Shown one piece after another: positions 61,001-64,000 of a stretch of 64,000 nt of DNA. This DNA comes from Camelus ferus (lineage: Eukaryota). The number at the start of each line of letters is the position of its first letter. Position 1 is the stretch's first letter. The notes beneath the pieces are model-generated. The model had not been told where the DNA came from. It saw only the letters and a program-made list of their open reading frames with translations, and ran no database searches. The position numbers and the translations under genes are program-made. Location of the stretch: positions 99,078,001 through 99,142,000 of the forward strand of contig NC_045696.1 of the NCBI RefSeq assembly GCF_009834535.1, read 5' to 3'.

Positions 61001-62924
61001 TGTTTTATCTGAAAGATTAAGTAAGTAAAAAATGCAATTTTTAAAAAAAAAAATGAAAAAAGACAGACCTGAGACTCTAATCATTTAAAATCCTTATCTG
61101 TTTTAAAGAACCAATATGAAAAAACCTAAACACTAGCATCTTTGAGTTTAACTTTTCCATAGTTGGATTAACATAAATCAAATGATGCATTGTAGATTAT
61201 AAATATTGTCAACATTCTTATTATTTGCTCAGTCTCTCAGTTTTAATATGGACAAAACTATTGCAAAAAGAGGGCAAATTATGTCTGTCCTTGCTAACTG
61301 CAAAAAAAAAAATCTACTAAAAAGAGTTGGCAGTAAGCAATCATTTTGATCAATTTGCATGATAAATTCAGGGGGAGGTTGGAACTTACTGACAACCATT
61401 ATACCAATCTTATAAAATTGGATTTATGGTTATATGTGTATTTTGTATTCGAGAATATTCCTCCTCAGAAACACAGGGATAGTAAAATTTCCTCAGACAG
61501 TCCAGTTCATCTGTAACTTCAAATACTACTGACATGGAAATCTTGATAAGAAATTTATTCAGAGAGAAGACTAACATTTTATAATATGCTGTACAGTGAA
61601 GAAGTGAAAAATATACATCACTATACATTGTTTAATTAGTAAAGAATTTACCATTATTTCATTATTACTAATTATCAATATTTCATTATTGCCAATGAAA
61701 TTTTTAACCTCTAGGTTGAAATTATATAACTATCAAGTGCTAATTATTTATTAAGAAAATGGAAAAGTCATTTTGCTGTCGTCTAGTTTGTTTTTAATGA
61801 ACAAAACAAACATCACTCCAAGGTTAAGAAGTTTGGGGTATTGGATACTAAACTCACTGATCCTCAATTATTATTTCCCAGTTATAAGTAGAAAGTACCA
61901 ATGATTGTGCTAGACATGTATAAAATGTTTCATGCAAAATGCTGTCTTGCTGTTGGCATCTTTATTCAACATCAACTTCCAGATGGGAACTATTTTTCAT
62001 GGTTCATAAAGCCAAATCCAGCTGCTACATTTGGACCTACATAAGGAATCCACATTTTATTGCCTTCTCAGTGCTTATAAAACAATTGCTGTGGCTTCTT
62101 TAGCCGCGGTGCAACTCACTCTTCTCAGTGCAAATGAGATATCCAAAAAGAACTTGTAATGTCTTTATAGTTGATTACTTAGCGGTGCTATGCGTAATAG
62201 GATCCTGGTTTTACAACATTTTCTAGATATCTAAGCTAGCTTAAACAAAAACAATCTTCAACGGTATCCATAGATTGAGCAAATTACCAAAAGTGTTCAT
62301 ACAGTTTCCTATGAAAACCCACAATGGTTATTAAATACTTCTGTAATCTTAGCTTTATTAAGAGACAGGAAATGCACAGCTTCCTTTCCCTCCTCGCTCA
62401 GCTAATCTGGCTCTTTGATGGTCATGCGTTTGGAATAACCATGGGGTTTCCACCACAGCATCGTCTTCCCACAGCTAAATGGAATTAACCCTGTCAAGCC
62501 TCAAAAAAAAAAAAAAAAAAAAGGAGAGAGAGAGAGTGAAAAGAAAAGGGGAAAAAAAAAAAGAACACATCTCATTGTTGGAATAGAAATACATTCAGAA
62601 TTTTATTTGAGTGAGTAGCAGTTATGTTAAAATACTGGCCATTTGTGCTTGAGACATTTCTGGTAGGGCCACCCATAGAAAAGAAACATCAATTTCAGAA
62701 AAATGGGAATTACTCAGCTTGCAAAATGACCCACGGTTATGCTTTATTACTATCTATAGATGCCAAACATTTGGTATCTTCTCAAACATGTTTATTAAAT
62801 TCTTTTTTTTTTTTTTTTTTTTTTTTTTTTGGATTCTGAATTAACATCTGCTACTGTTTTTAGGCAAAAGACCCAAAAATCCCAGAAGGAAAAAAAAAAT
62901 AGATGGAAAAGTCAGTCCCTAGTG

Positions 62925-63295
62925 AGTTAACGTAAGAGTGTGACAGGGAAGCAAGTTTTCTGTGAATCGGGAAGCACGGACTAGAGTAAACCGCTGGCTA
63001 ATCCCTGTCCCGCTGAGCGGCTGCCCCAGAGGTCTGATACCGCGCCAAAGCCTCTTACGCATACTGAGACAAAGCTTATTTCAAGCCGAATTCAGTTCCT
63101 AAAGCCGCCACACTGCTCCCTAACAACGTCCAGTTGCACTGCCGCTGTATTTGTGTTTCCCGCTGTTTGTATTTACTTGTTCCCAAAGCCACAATAGCTA
63201 CAAAAACAAATACTTGTTATGCAGCGCTTTGTACTGATGCAGGTAGAGTGCTCTGCAACCTTTTTTACTTGCCCATAGCTTGTGCAAATCGGTTT
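62925..63295. promoter_or_regulatory. small CpG-retaining patch, putative enhancer or promoter-proximal element
   Basis: About 16 CpG in ~370 bp by hand count, in non-repetitive sequence. Confidence 0.45.
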
Positions 63296-64000
63296 TTAAT
63301 ATATGCTGAGATTAATTTGGTAATTATAAACTAGTTTAGCAACAAGTCATTGAACAACAGGTCATATAGTCACCATTTCTATTCTAGAAATAATTCTGTT
63401 TTGACCCTTGAGCAAAGATGAGCAAAGGTGTGCTCGAAAATAAATTTATTTGAGTCGTCCACTTCCTTTGCCTTGTCAGGTCCCAATTGATATTCTGTTT
63501 GGATTTTTACTGCAATCTTTTTGACCTTTGGCAAGGGATTTGCTGACTTGTCTGATTTAAATGTTTGCAACATGTTTGCAAGTTTTTTTTTAATTGGGCT
63601 AAATAGAATATAGGTGATTTCAGGAAGGTGTTTTTATTTTTAAGTCAATTCTATTCATTCTTCATAAAAATAGGATTATGCCCATTGTGGCTGCATAAAT
63701 ACACAGCCTGCAGAAGTGTTTGTAGTCTCTCTAGTACAAGAATGTCACTGAAATCCTCTAATGTAATCTGACAGTGGTAACCGAGTACCTTTTCATAAAA
63801 GGAAAACAAATAAAGAAGATTAACTTAAGTATAATCATATGTAAAATTCAAAAATAAAAAATAGGCTTTAAGCTTTTTATTATTTAAGGCTAATATAAGC
63901 ACAAAAAATAACTGGGTGGGGAATGTATTTCATATCATTTTAAAAACTCTGTACTCAAAGAAAAACTTTGGAAAGCAAAAAGAAAATAATATTCCTACTA

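Noticed and set aside
62288..62490. Minus-strand exon after a long pyrimidine tract, with a short MLWWKPHG... frame
   Set aside because: Stops in all three frames, the tract is a simple repeat, and the donor is weak; not supportable without RNA data
114..63573. All ORFs in the six-frame track as protein-coding genes
   Set aside because: Short (60-170 aa), many start at TTG/GTG, composition reflects AT-rich DNA, no recognisable domain, and many overlap decayed repeats

Overview
AT-rich mammalian non-coding DNA, most likely from a camelid (alpaca/camel lineage), inferred from two tRNA-derived SINEs matching the Vic-1 family. I could not support any protein-coding exon, RNA gene or novel multi-gene system: the listed ORFs are short and mostly fall in decayed repeats. 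Much of the window is interspersed repeats: old L1M/L2/MIR, MaLR/ERVL LTRs, hAT-Charlie and TcMar DNA-transposon fossils, and several younger 5'-truncated L1 3' ends with clear target-site duplications (TSDs). Non-repeat signals are a CpG-island-like patch at ~13.6-14.5 kb, a smaller CpG-retaining patch in a repeat-poor block at ~60.8-64 kb, and a few candidate enhancers. The most unusual observations are (i) an ~90 bp copy of unique sequence from 3.45 kb away inside a MER20, (ii) an internally deleted L1 whose junction is bridged by an inverted 36 bp L1 3'UTR patch, and (iii) a plus-strand bias of L1/LTR insertions suggesting an intron of a minus-strand transcription unit. Repeat family names come from my recall of consensus sequences, not from a search, and boundaries of old repeats are approximate.
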